Origin: Candidatus Freyarchaeum deiterrae
Lineage (GTDB): Archaea; Asgardarchaeota; Jordiarchaeia; Jordiarchaeales; Jordiarchaeaceae
Length of the DNA stretch: 64,000 nt
Assembly (NCBI GenBank): GCA_037305845.1
Contig: CP147778.1
Span: 2,304,001 to 2,368,000, forward strand
Direction of reading: 5' to 3'
Made by a program: the position numbers and the translations under genes. Positions 20,653 through 29,996 of the stretch are shown here, piece after piece. A model generated the notes under the pieces. The model saw only the letters and a program-made list of their open reading frames with translations, searched no databases and was not told where the DNA came from. Within the stretch, counting starts at the first letter, position 1, and every line of letters starts with the position of its first letter.

Positions 20653-21288
20653 ATGAATTCGGAAATACTTGAAAAATTAAAAATCATTCCTAACTGCATA
20701 TACGAAACTATATTCACTACCTACAATAATGACTTCACTCCCAACGTGGCTCCAATGGGAATTAGCACCCCCGATATGAAAAAGCTTGTAGCAAAGATAT
20801 ACTCCACTAGTCAAACATACAGGAATATATCGGAAAAAAAATGCACCGTAATAAACATCACAAATGACTTGTCGCTCTTCTATAAGACGTCAATAGATAA
20901 AAAAAGTTTGGAAAAAGAAACCAAAATATTCGCAAAGTCAAAGAATATAGCTGCCCCAATTCTAATCCCCTCATCGGCTTACATGGAAGCAACGGTAGAC
21001 GTTATACAAAAAATTGAAAAAAATCGGTTTAAAATAATATTTAGCATAATTAACGCTGAAATATTAGACCCATGCGTAACTCCAATCTGCAGAGCCCCCA
21101 ATTTAGTGTTAGAATCCATAATCCATGCTACTAGAATCGAAACCTACAACAGCAGGGGGGAAACTGAAAAAGCAGAACAATTAATTGACCAAATAAAAAA
21201 TTATAGAGAACTAATAGGTCGAATTGCAACCGGAACCATGTACGAAGAACTAATAGAAAAAATCTGGAAAAAAATACAACCAGCTTGA
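20653..21288 (+). CDS. DUF447-family protein
   Basis: IYETIFTT...PNVAPMGI and RA..LVLES.IHATR. Confidence 0.8.
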   Translation: MNSEILEKLKIIPNCIYETIFTTYNNDFTPNVAPMGISTPDMKKLVAKIYSTSQTYRNISEKKCTVINITNDLSLFYKTSIDKKSLEKETKIFAKSKNIAAPILIPSSAYMEATVDVIQKIEKNRFKIIFSIINAEILDPCVTPICRAPNLVLESIIHATRIETYNSRGETEKAEQLIDQIKNYRELIGRIATGTMYEELIEKIWKKIQPA

Positions 21289-21300
21289 ACTTAGTATAAA

Positions 21301-21495
21301 ATTGAAACATTTTCCTTGAAAGGAGCGAATTGTTTTATGATAGTTACCGATTGGAACGAGTTTAAAAATTTGCCACTAGCCGAAATTAAAGATTTGATGA
21401 AAACTCCCTTTATCGTGGATGGTAGACGAATCCTGAATCCAGAAATTGCTAAGAGAGAAGGATTCAAGTACAAATAAATAGGTTGGAAAGACTAA
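21301..21495 (+). pseudogene. C-terminal remnant of a UDP-glucose/GDP-mannose dehydrogenase
   Basis: Hand translation LKGANCFMIVTDWNEFKNL...MKTPFIVDGRRIL...GFKYK*IG; no N-terminal domains and an internal TAA. Confidence 0.8.
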
Positions 21496-21510
21496 GGATG
21501 CTGCAATAAA

Positions 21511-23133
21511 ATGAGCTTTCAAGTGAAATTCACGGACATAATGGGTCGTATAGGCCAAATTAGTACAAAAAGCGGAAAGTTCCAAACTCCAGCACTTCTG
21601 CCAGTTATAGATCCGAGAAATCTGATTATTCCACCCAATCTTTTGAAAACAGAATTCAAATGTGATGCTGTTATTACTAATGCTTTCTTTATTAAGAAGA
21701 ATTTCTATGAGCAGGCTAAAGAAGAAGGGCTTCATAAATTCTTGAACTTCCCCGATTCCATAATGACCGATAGTGGAGCCTACCAACTGCTAGTATACGG
21801 TGAGGTAGATGTTTCCCCCGAAGAAATTGTGAAGATACAGGAAGAAATCGATACCGATATCGCTATAATCCTTGACATACCCTCAAGCCTGAATGCTAGT
21901 TCTCAAGAGGTGGAGAATGGGGTAAAACAGACCATAAGAAATGCTGAAACCAGCCTAAAGCAGAAGACCCGGGACGATATACTCTGGATTGGCCCTGTTC
22001 AGGGCGGAACCTATCTAGATTTAGTAAAACAGTGCGCAACGCAAGTTGGAAAACTCGATTTTGATATGCACGCAATTGGTAGCGTTACCCAAATAATGGA
22101 AACATATCAATTCGAAAAATTAGTAGACATTGTTATGGCGGCGAAACAAAATCTACCCCTACAAAGACCTGTTCACCTGTTTGGGGCGGGGCACCCCATG
22201 ATGTTTTCTCTTGCAGTCGCTATGGGCATAGATACATTTGACTCCGCAGCTTATGCACTATATGCAAGGAATAACAGATATCTAACTACCACAGGCACTG
22301 TGCGACTAGAAGAACTAAAATATAATATCTGCGTTTGTCCTGTCTGCAGGGAGAATTCTCCACAAGAACTATTAGAAAAACCACAAGGAGAAAGAGAAAC
22401 ACTACTAGCCAAACATAATCTCTACGTCTCACTAATGGAAATCCAAACAATCCGTCAATCAATCCTTGAAGGAAGACTCTGGGAACTATTAGAAATCAGA
22501 GCAAGATCACACCCCTCTTTACTGGAAGCCCTTAGGCGTCTGGGAGAATATAGCGATGTTCTAGAATTTTTCACTCCAACAGCAAAGCCCCACGCAATCT
22601 TCTACGGGGGTCCAGAAACACTAAAAAGACCCGAAGTCACCCGCCACCTAAAAAAATTGGAAACGCTTCAGCAACCCGAAGAAACTGACATACTTCTAAT
22701 ACTGTTGGAACCCAAAACCAAACCATTCTACAAATCCAGAGAACACGCCGAAGTACTCGAAATAATTAATGGTTTCCCGGATGACCAACAGAAAAGGTTT
22801 CAAATAATAACCAAATCCACAATTTTCGGATTAATACCCCTCGAACTAGAGGAGGTATACCCCCTATCACAGCACATAAATCTGAGACCCGATCCCACTA
22901 CTATACAACACACTTCCCAAGTCATAACACAATACATAACTACTCACAGTTACCACAAAGTAATTATACAATTAACACCAGCAGAGGAGGAAAGCTTCGA
23001 ACCCATAAGAAAAATCTGCAAAGAAAAAAACATCGACCTACACATAATCAATGTTGAAGACGTATCGAACCTCAAAAATAACTTGGAATCACTAGAAGAA
23101 ATTCTAAGGAAAGTAACCCCATGCGAGAAATAA
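21511..23133 (+). CDS. tgtA: Archaeosine tRNA-guanine(15) transglycosylase
   Basis: MTDSGAYQL, PVHLFGAGHP, FDSAAY and the C.CPVC zinc site. Confidence 0.95.
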   Translation: MSFQVKFTDIMGRIGQISTKSGKFQTPALLPVIDPRNLIIPPNLLKTEFKCDAVITNAFFIKKNFYEQAKEEGLHKFLNFPDSIMTDSGAYQLLVYGEVDVSPEEIVKIQEEIDTDIAIILDIPSSLNASSQEVENGVKQTIRNAETSLKQKTRDDILWIGPVQGGTYLDLVKQCATQVGKLDFDMHAIGSVTQIMETYQFEKLVDIVMAAKQNLPLQRPVHLFGAGHPMMFSLAVAMGIDTFDSAAYALYARNNRYLTTTGTVRLEELKYNICVCPVCRENSPQELLEKPQGERETLLAKHNLYVSLMEIQTIRQSILEGRLWELLEIRARSHPSLLEALRRLGEYSDVLEFFTPTAKPHAIFYGGPETLKRPEVTRHLKKLETLQQPEETDILLILLEPKTKPFYKSREHAEVLEIINGFPDDQQKRFQIITKSTIFGLIPLELEEVYPLSQHINLRPDPTTIQHTSQVITQYITTHSYHKVIIQLTPAEEESFEPIRKICKEKNIDLHIINVEDVSNLKNNLESLEEILRKVTPCEK

Positions 23134-23591
23134 AAAAAGAGAACCTACTGCAAGTTGATGGAGCCGGCATATTCTTTGACTTGGACAAATTCAAAGAAAC
23201 CATGAAAAAAATGGGATGGACAGAATTCAAACCCAACGCAATCACCGGAAACCTCACTCAATTTATACAAATGTTCGCCTCAAAACACAATGCAAATATT
23301 CTCTGGGGATTAGACCAAGAAAGAGGAACAGAGGAAGCTTACCTAGAAATTGTTGAGCCAGACACTGAGGAAATATCAGCAGATTTGGAAGTGATTAGAA
23401 AAAAAATAGAGGAACTCGGAAAAGAAACAAAATCCAATGCACACCTAAGCATAGGAGTAGCCTATGGAAAAATTGGAAACGTAAAACCCCGCAGTAGAAG
23501 AGAGCTTACCAGAACGCCACTGGGAAACGGAGCATGGAAGGCACTACATGAAGCCAAAAAAACTGGCGGAAACAAAATAATGCAAATTTAG
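23121..23591 (+). CDS. Stand-alone GGDEF-like nucleotide cyclase palm domain (GTEEA variant)
   Basis: FFDLDKFK, RGTEEA, LSIGVA and ALHEAKKTGGNKI. Confidence 0.7.
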   Translation: MREIKKENLLQVDGAGIFFDLDKFKETMKKMGWTEFKPNAITGNLTQFIQMFASKHNANILWGLDQERGTEEAYLEIVEPDTEEISADLEVIRKKIEELGKETKSNAHLSIGVAYGKIGNVKPRSRRELTRTPLGNGAWKALHEAKKTGGNKIMQI

Positions 23592-23786
23592 TATACTTTT
23601 GAGACCATTAAACATTTTATCATGATAAAATCTCTTGTAATATCAAAAAACTCAGTTGTTAGGTTTCTGTATTTAAACTTCTTTCGAAATAAAAGACGAT
23701 GTTAAGAATATGAACATTTTTGCGGAAATCATTAAAATTTAGAAATGGTGCACTTTTATGTTACTCAGATTACATAATCTTGCAAC

Positions 23787-24065
23787 GTGTTGGTAAATAT
23801 GGTTTCAGGATGCGAATTATGTGAATTGCGCAAGGTAACTGAATGGTTTTTTGAATGTGAGGATTACGTTATATTGGAATGCGATTTGTGCGGTATTCCT
23901 ATGGTGGTTTTTCGTTCGCATGAGGAGGTTCCAGAGGAATTATATGAAAAGGCAAAGGCTAAGTGTCGTGAGCTATTTGGAGAAGTTTATTTCCGTATGT
24001 ATCGGGGATCAATACCTGATCATCCTCATTTTCACGTGGTAACATTTAAACCAGTTCATAAATAG
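23787..24065 (+). CDS. Small HIT-like zinc-binding protein
   Basis: CELC and CDLC plus an HPHFH triad. Confidence 0.65.
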   Translation: MLVNMVSGCELCELRKVTEWFFECEDYVILECDLCGIPMVVFRSHEEVPEELYEKAKAKCRELFGEVYFRMYRGSIPDHPHFHVVTFKPVHK

Positions 24066-24198
24066 GGAATCTATCTGAAATCCGTTGTAATAACTCTTTT
24101 TTTATAAGATTATATTATCTCAACCGAGTCTCAGAAAAATAAATAAAAAAGTAGAAGTGAAGAAGCTTTTACTCTTTTAGAAAGCTTTTATTGTATTA

Positions 24199-25368
24199 CT
24201 AAATGCGTGGAATACCTAAATCTCTATCAGATTGTTTAGGGTCTTCGGAAAATACTGGAATTAGCGGTTCATTGTCTTTGAGGATGCTGGCTCCCTTGCT
24301 GTATTCTCTTATGGGTTCTATGGAAGGCAGGTCTGGCACAATTTCCGTGGGCCCTAGAAGCTGCGGGCTGGTAACTCCGGTTAGAATCAGAATGACTCTT
24401 ATCATGCCTTCGGCTCGGGGGTCTTTTCTGGCTCCCCAGATTACATTGGCGTCGTCAATCATTTTGTCTGTGATTAGTTCCGCAACACCGGTGGCTTCTG
24501 CTAGGGTTAAATCTGAACCTCCGGTGACGTGTATCAGTGCTCCTGTTGCACCCACTATGTCCACATCTAGGAGCGGACAGTCTAAGGCGCTTTTTACGGC
24601 TCTTTCTACGCGATTTTCGCCTTCGGCTTCTCCTATTCCCACCATGGCTACCCCTCCATCTGTAAGTATGCTGCGTACGTCGGCGTAGTCAAGGTTGATT
24701 AAACTGGGTATCGATATGCACTCGGTAATTCCCTTTACCATGTTAGCCAGTATTTCGTCTGCCACGCTGAATGCTTCCTCAATGGGTAGATTTGGAACGA
24801 GGTCTAAGAGCCTGTTGTTATCTATTACCACCACGGTATCCGTATAGTATCTTAGTTTTCTAAGTCCCTGTTTGGCTTTTATTATTCTTCCTCTTTCAAC
24901 GTTAAAGGGCATAGTTACGACGCCCACAACTATGCTTCCCATCTTTTTCGCAATATCCGCAACAATAGGTGCGCTTCCAGTTCCAGTTCCGCCGCCCATT
25001 CCAGCGGCTACAAACACTAGGTCTGCGTCGGAGAGAATTTCGGCTAGTTCTTCCCTGCTCTCTTCCGCTGCCGCTTCGCCTATTCTTGGGAAGCCTCCAG
25101 CTCCTAAGCCTCTGGTTATGTTTCTTCCCATTAGGAGTTTGAGGTTAGCGTTGGTTGCGTCTAAATGTTGCTGGTCGGTGTTAACCGCTATGCATTTTGC
25201 TCCATGGATGCCTATCTGCATAATTCTGTTTACCGTGTTGTTTCCAGCGCCTCCGGCGCCAACAACCAGTATTCTCGCAGATCCTGGCTTTTTAGTAGCA
25301 CTTGGCTCTTTACTCTCTCTTGCGTTCTGTAATGCGTCTTTAATAATATTATTCATGCTCATTGGCAT
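24199..25368 (-). CDS. ftsZ: Cell division protein FtsZ (FtsZ2-type context)
   Basis: GAGGAGNN, GMGGGTGTG and INLDYADV. Confidence 0.97.
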   Translation of the reverse strand: MPMSMNNIIKDALQNARESKEPSATKKPGSARILVVGAGGAGNNTVNRIMQIGIHGAKCIAVNTDQQHLDATNANLKLLMGRNITRGLGAGGFPRIGEAAAEESREELAEILSDADLVFVAAGMGGGTGTGSAPIVADIAKKMGSIVVGVVTMPFNVERGRIIKAKQGLRKLRYYTDTVVVIDNNRLLDLVPNLPIEEAFSVADEILANMVKGITECISIPSLINLDYADVRSILTDGGVAMVGIGEAEGENRVERAVKSALDCPLLDVDIVGATGALIHVTGGSDLTLAEATGVAELITDKMIDDANVIWGARKDPRAEGMIRVILILTGVTSPQLLGPTEIVPDLPSIEPIREYSKGASILKDNEPLIPVFSEDPKQSDRDLGIPRI

Positions 25369-25398
25369 CCACCTGAATATCTATCATATCGGTTCTGC

Positions 25399-25584
25399 TT
25401 AGTGTCCTGTGCCCCTAAAAAAGAGTTGCCTTTCCCAAAGCTCTCTTTTAAGTAGGTCTCTAACCGCTACTCTTATCGCTTCACTTCTGTTCGGATATAT
25501 TTTACTTTTTACGAGTTGTTCTAAACCTTCGAGATAAGCTTCTGGTAGGTGTACTGTTACGAGTATAATGAAGACCACCCCCAT
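25399..25584 (-). CDS. cdrS: Ribbon-helix-helix cell-division regulator, CdrS-like
   Basis: VTVHLP...YPNRSEAIRVAVRDLL directly upstream of ftsZ. Confidence 0.85.
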   Translation of the reverse strand: MGVVFIILVTVHLPEAYLEGLEQLVKSKIYPNRSEAIRVAVRDLLKRELWERQLFFRGTGH

Positions 25585-25922
25585 TTGTTGGGATTATCTA
25601 AAACAATTCTTTCTTGAATAATGCTTTTAATGTGAGTAGTTTTCCATTAATACACAAGGAATACCCACATTATATATGCGTGACACACCCTAGCTAGAAA
25701 TGGTGCTTGTTACGCTTTATTCCCATAAGAGAGAAGCTATAATCCCTCTTTGGAGATTCAGCGATATACCTTATCTTCTTTTTAATTATTGGGGCTCTAA
25801 ATATTTTAATATTATTTATCAGCCCTCCTATTCCAAAATTTTTCATGTACCCTTGATTATTCCCCCGGATTTTTGGCGCGTTTCGAAGCAGAATACGTTA
25901 ATGTTATGCTGGAGTTTTCATC

Positions 25923-27233
25923 TTATAAACATTGGGAATTCTTAATTATCTTCCCTATGAGGTATCCTATTTTCGAGGCGATTACTTCTATCCTAATTTT
26001 TCTCCCCAAGGATTGATTCTGGTTATGAACTAAGATTGGCTTGTAAGTGTAATTTCGTGCTATCCAGCCTTCCTTAGTTCCTCCCTCTGTTATAATGGCG
26101 TCTCCCCTCCACCCAACCCATCTCTTGTTTCTTTCTTGACCAATTTTTTGGACTGTTTTCGTAACTTCCCTGCTCCTATCTTTAATAATCCATCCCGGGA
26201 TCTGGTTTTCCATTGTTTCCGCCTGCGTTTTTGGTCTAGGTGCGAATCTTGAAATATTGACTATATCCGGTTTTATTTCTTGGATGAGATTCACTGATTC
26301 TTGAAAGTGTTCGTCGGTTTCTCCTGGAAAACCTACTATAATATCTGTGGATAGCGTCAGGTCGGGGATTTCTGTTTTAAAAGCGTCTATAATTCCTGTG
26401 AACTGTTCCTTTGTGTAACCCCTGTTCATGGCTCTCAGTATTTCGTTGCTTCCTGATTGTACTGGAATATGGAGAAACTTGTAAACCTTTGGATTTTGGA
26501 AGATATTCACTAAATCTTCGAGAATTGGTATTGCGTGCTTGGGGTTGGTCATGCCAACTCTAATTTTAAAATCTAAGGGTAGTTCCACAATTCTTCGTAG
26601 CAAATCGGGAAGACTCTCATTATTCCAGCGATAGGCTCCAGTGTCCTGAGAGGTTAACCAGACTTCCCTGCACCCCTTCTGAATTGATGTTTCTATCTCC
26701 CTCAGAATTATTTCAGGAGGGTAGCTTAAGAGTTTTCCACGGGCAAATTTTACGCAGCAGTAATAACAATCACCCAGACATCCCTCGCCTATGGGAATGA
26801 TTGCAATCACTGGATTGACTGGTTTCCTCGGAGTTCCTAACTTAACATCCTTTTTTTCATCAAGATTTACGATTCCCCGTTCACCCTTCTCCACCTGTTT
26901 TAAAACATCAACAATATTGAACAATGAGTTGGTGTCTAAAATCGCAGCGAATTTCGAGCCAGCCTTTACAACCCCATCAAGGTTTATTCGGGGTAGACAG
27001 CCACCAATAATAAAGGGTTTTTCTGATAAATTTAGCTCCGAGATTTTTTTCAAAATCTTCCTTTCTGTTGGTTTCTTGACACCGCAAGTATTTATGATGA
27101 TGACATCTGCCTGGTCTTCCGACTCTGCTGTACTGTAACCCCCCTCTTTTAATATGCCTAACATGATTTCTGCATCGGCTTGGTTCATAGAACAACCATA
27201 TGTAGAAACATATACTGAAACCAAAACAATCAC
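25923..27233 (-). CDS. tRNA t6A37 methylthiotransferase (MiaB/MtaB/CDKAL1-like radical SAM)
   Basis: TYGCSMN, NTCGVK, GCLGDCYYC, HIPVQSG and a TRAM-like C-terminus. Confidence 0.93.
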   Translation of the reverse strand: MIVLVSVYVSTYGCSMNQADAEIMLGILKEGGYSTAESEDQADVIIINTCGVKKPTERKILKKISELNLSEKPFIIGGCLPRINLDGVVKAGSKFAAILDTNSLFNIVDVLKQVEKGERGIVNLDEKKDVKLGTPRKPVNPVIAIIPIGEGCLGDCYYCCVKFARGKLLSYPPEIILREIETSIQKGCREVWLTSQDTGAYRWNNESLPDLLRRIVELPLDFKIRVGMTNPKHAIPILEDLVNIFQNPKVYKFLHIPVQSGSNEILRAMNRGYTKEQFTGIIDAFKTEIPDLTLSTDIIVGFPGETDEHFQESVNLIQEIKPDIVNISRFAPRPKTQAETMENQIPGWIIKDRSREVTKTVQKIGQERNKRWVGWRGDAIITEGGTKEGWIARNYTYKPILVHNQNQSLGRKIRIEVIASKIGYLIGKIIKNSQCL

Positions 27234-27241
27234 TCACAACT

Positions 27242-27559
27242 TTACCTCAACATACCGGCGAAGGGGTTAGAGTCGGTTCCACCTACTGCTGGCGGAAGAA
27301 CCGCTAAAACATCTCCATCCTTAAGCGGAGTTTCTAATCCTTTTAGTTCCTTTATGGAAACACCGTTTACCATTAAAATAAAAACAGGCTTTGGTTCTCC
27401 ATTCTTCTCAAGCAGGTAGTTAGCTAGCTTCTCTCCGTACCTATCGGTCATTAACTTTATTGCATCATGAACTTTTATCTTATTGTCTGATTCCAACTCA
27501 ATTTCTTTTGTTTTCGTTATCTCCCTTAGGGTGGCGAAGACCTTTATTTTGAATTTCAT
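27242..27559 (-). CDS. MoaD/SAMP ubiquitin-like protein with an 11-aa extension after GG
   Basis: FATLRE...VNG...LKDGD.LAVLPPAVGG followed by TDSNPFAGMLR. Confidence 0.9.
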   Translation of the reverse strand: MKFKIKVFATLREITKTKEIELESDNKIKVHDAIKLMTDRYGEKLANYLLEKNGEPKPVFILMVNGVSIKELKGLETPLKDGDVLAVLPPAVGGTDSNPFAGMLR

Positions 27560-27709
27560 TTACTCGCCTGCTCCTAATTCTATTCAGTCAACTAATTAAG
27601 TTCTGAATAAGTGGTAAAATTTCTGGATGAAATATTGATAAGATTCTGTCTTAAACTTTGCTTATTTATCTTGAAAAATGTTTAAATAATATTTCATTGA
27701 CATGAACGA

Positions 27710-28384
27710 TTGCAAGAGGAGATGCATTTTATGAGCGAACAGGGAGTCAAAATTGTTAACATTGAGCAGGATCTTATCAAAGCGAATGAAAAAATAGCGA
27801 AAAAAATCCAAAAGATTTTCCACCAAAAAGGAATCAAAACCTTCGACATTGTGGGAGCTATAGGCGCCGGCAAAACCCTGATTCTGGAGGCCCTTGTGGA
27901 GCGGCTGAAAGAGAAGTACAGACTGGCTATGGTTACTGCGGATGTGACCACGGAGATAGATGCTGATAGAATTAGGCGTCATGGAGTTAAGTGTATACAA
28001 ATTAATACTGGGAGAGAGTGCGCTTTAACCGCGATTCTTCTACAAAACATTCTGGATCAGCTACCCCTAGACGACATTGATATACTCTTTGTGGAGAATG
28101 TGGGTAATCTAATCTGTCCAGCGGATTTCATAGTCGGTTGTGATAAGAGAATTGTGGTGGTAAGCATCACCGAGGGAGGGCATGTGGTTATAAAGCATCC
28201 TCTGCTGTTCAAAATGTCGGATGTTGCGGTTATAAATAAGATTGATCTGCGAGAAGTTATGGATGTAGATCCTGAAAAAATGTTGAGGGACGCTCTAGAC
28301 ATAAATCCTTCCATCAAGGTGGTTTTGACCAGTGCGAAAACGGGTGAAGGTATCGATGAGTTGATTAATGTACTCGGCCTCTGA
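27710..28384 (+). CDS. hypB: Hydrogenase nickel incorporation GTPase
   Basis: GAIGAGKT, INTGREC, ENVGNLICP and NKID. Confidence 0.92.
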   Translation: MQEEMHFMSEQGVKIVNIEQDLIKANEKIAKKIQKIFHQKGIKTFDIVGAIGAGKTLILEALVERLKEKYRLAMVTADVTTEIDADRIRRHGVKCIQINTGRECALTAILLQNILDQLPLDDIDILFVENVGNLICPADFIVGCDKRIVVVSITEGGHVVIKHPLLFKMSDVAVINKIDLREVMDVDPEKMLRDALDINPSIKVVLTSAKTGEGIDELINVLGL

Positions 28385-28554
28385 AAATTTTTTTCATATA
28401 AAAGTGAACTAGTAAACTACTCTTTTTTTCAATAAAAGATATAAGAATAAATCCGTTATGTAAGTCCAAAATAAACAAAATTATATTTATATAAACCCCA
28501 AAACCCAATGATAACATGTCAATAAAAAATAAATAAGGGTTTTACCTAAATCGG

Positions 28555-29658
28555 TTGAGTCAAGAAAAGTGTTTGCTTGGAGGCGCTTCGATGCCCACCG
28601 TTTGGGTTGATTACGTTGCTCCCAAAGACGTTGTTTTCTTCATGAACATGGTTGAGAAGCTGAAAAACAGGGGAGACACTGTTATCGCAACAACCAGAAA
28701 ATTCAGAGAAGTAAACGAGTTAATGAGATTAAAAAATGTTGAAGCAAAGATTTTGGGTAGCTATGGTGGGGGAACCCTGAAAGGCAAGTTGGTGGAGGGC
28801 GCAAAAAGAATAGTTAAATTGGCAGATTATGTTTCAAGATTTGATGTAGATGTTATGGTTTCCTATTGCTCACCCGAAGCTGCCCGTGTAGCCTTCGGAT
28901 TGCAGATTCCAATTATAAATATTTATGACGCTCCTCATGCGGTTAAGCAAATACTTTTGTTATCACAGCTTGTGGATTTTAACCTTTCACCAAAATGTAT
29001 CCCTGAACAGGAATGGCTTAAACTTGGTTTCAAACCAGAGCAGTTGATATTTTACGATGCTATAGATCCAGTTGCCTGGCTCAAAAACTTTTCACCCGAT
29101 AAAACCATTATACAAAATTTAGGATTAAATCCCGACAAAAAAATCGTTGTGGTCAGAACAGAAGAAGCTTTCGCTTCATACCTACTCGGTAAAACCTCGG
29201 ACGACAATTCCTATATAGCTCCATTAATTAAAAGCGCTTTAGATTTTGATGAAGAGCTTCAAATCGTTGTGCTCTGTAGATATGGGCGTCAAAAACCGAG
29301 TTTAGGTAAACTCTTTAAGAAAATTATTATTGCTGAACACGTAATAGACACTGCGAGTCTACTTTCTAATAGCGTTCTTTTTATGGGGGGAGGCGGAACA
29401 ATGACCTGTGAGGCTGCTCTTTTGGGAGTACCTTCTATCTCGTTTTTCCCTGGAAAGCTCTACTATGAAGAGCCGCTCATGAAAGAAAAACTGCTCTGTC
29501 ATCCAAAAACGGTAAACGAAGCCCAAGGTTTGATTAAGGAAATACTGAGTCAGCCGAAAAAATATTTCGATGAATTAAAGAAAAGAGCCAGACTTTTATT
29601 GGATAGTATGGAGAATCCAACAGACAAAATAATTGAAACTATTGACAAATTTGGGTAA
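28555..29658 (+). CDS. DUF354 glycosyltransferase-like protein (start possibly at the MPTVW Met)
   Basis: SPEAARVAFGL, R.EE..ASY and GGGTMTCEAALLG. Confidence 0.85.
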   Translation: MSQEKCLLGGASMPTVWVDYVAPKDVVFFMNMVEKLKNRGDTVIATTRKFREVNELMRLKNVEAKILGSYGGGTLKGKLVEGAKRIVKLADYVSRFDVDVMVSYCSPEAARVAFGLQIPIINIYDAPHAVKQILLLSQLVDFNLSPKCIPEQEWLKLGFKPEQLIFYDAIDPVAWLKNFSPDKTIIQNLGLNPDKKIVVVRTEEAFASYLLGKTSDDNSYIAPLIKSALDFDEELQIVVLCRYGRQKPSLGKLFKKIIIAEHVIDTASLLSNSVLFMGGGGTMTCEAALLGVPSISFFPGKLYYEEPLMKEKLLCHPKTVNEAQGLIKEILSQPKKYFDELKKRARLLLDSMENPTDKIIETIDKFG

Positions 29659-29678
29659 CCAGTAAGCATTAATTTTCC

Positions 29679-29990
29679 TTAGCTTAATTTCTTCTTTTTC
29701 ATATCTCTCCAGAATATCTTTTTCGATAGTTCATACCATGTGTACAACCATACTAACACCAGAGATCCTGAAGAAACTACTTGAAATATCTGTCTTATTG
29801 AACTCCAAAATCCTAGCTGGCCTTGGTCAAACTGATAGGGTGTAGTAAGAAAGTTAATAATTGTCCAGGATATCTGTTGAGGTGGATACCAAGGAATAAT
29901 TATCAATCCAACGAATACAAATACGCCGATTATTGTTATCCATACAAACAGAATCAACAATAGAAGGGGTATGTATCTTCTTAACTCCAA
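29679..29990 (-). CDS. Small two-TM membrane protein
   Basis: Two hydrophobic segments; tight spacing behind aglH. Confidence 0.7.
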   Translation of the reverse strand: MELRRYIPLLLLILFVWITIIGVFVFVGLIIIPWYPPQQISWTIINFLTTPYQFDQGQLGFWSSIRQIFQVVSSGSLVLVWLYTWYELSKKIFWRDMKKKKLS

Positions 29991-29996
29991 TTTTCA

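Noticed and set aside
27242-27290. BHB intron explaining the SAMP C-terminal tail
   Set aside because: The central helix has a mismatch, and removal would not place a stop after GG
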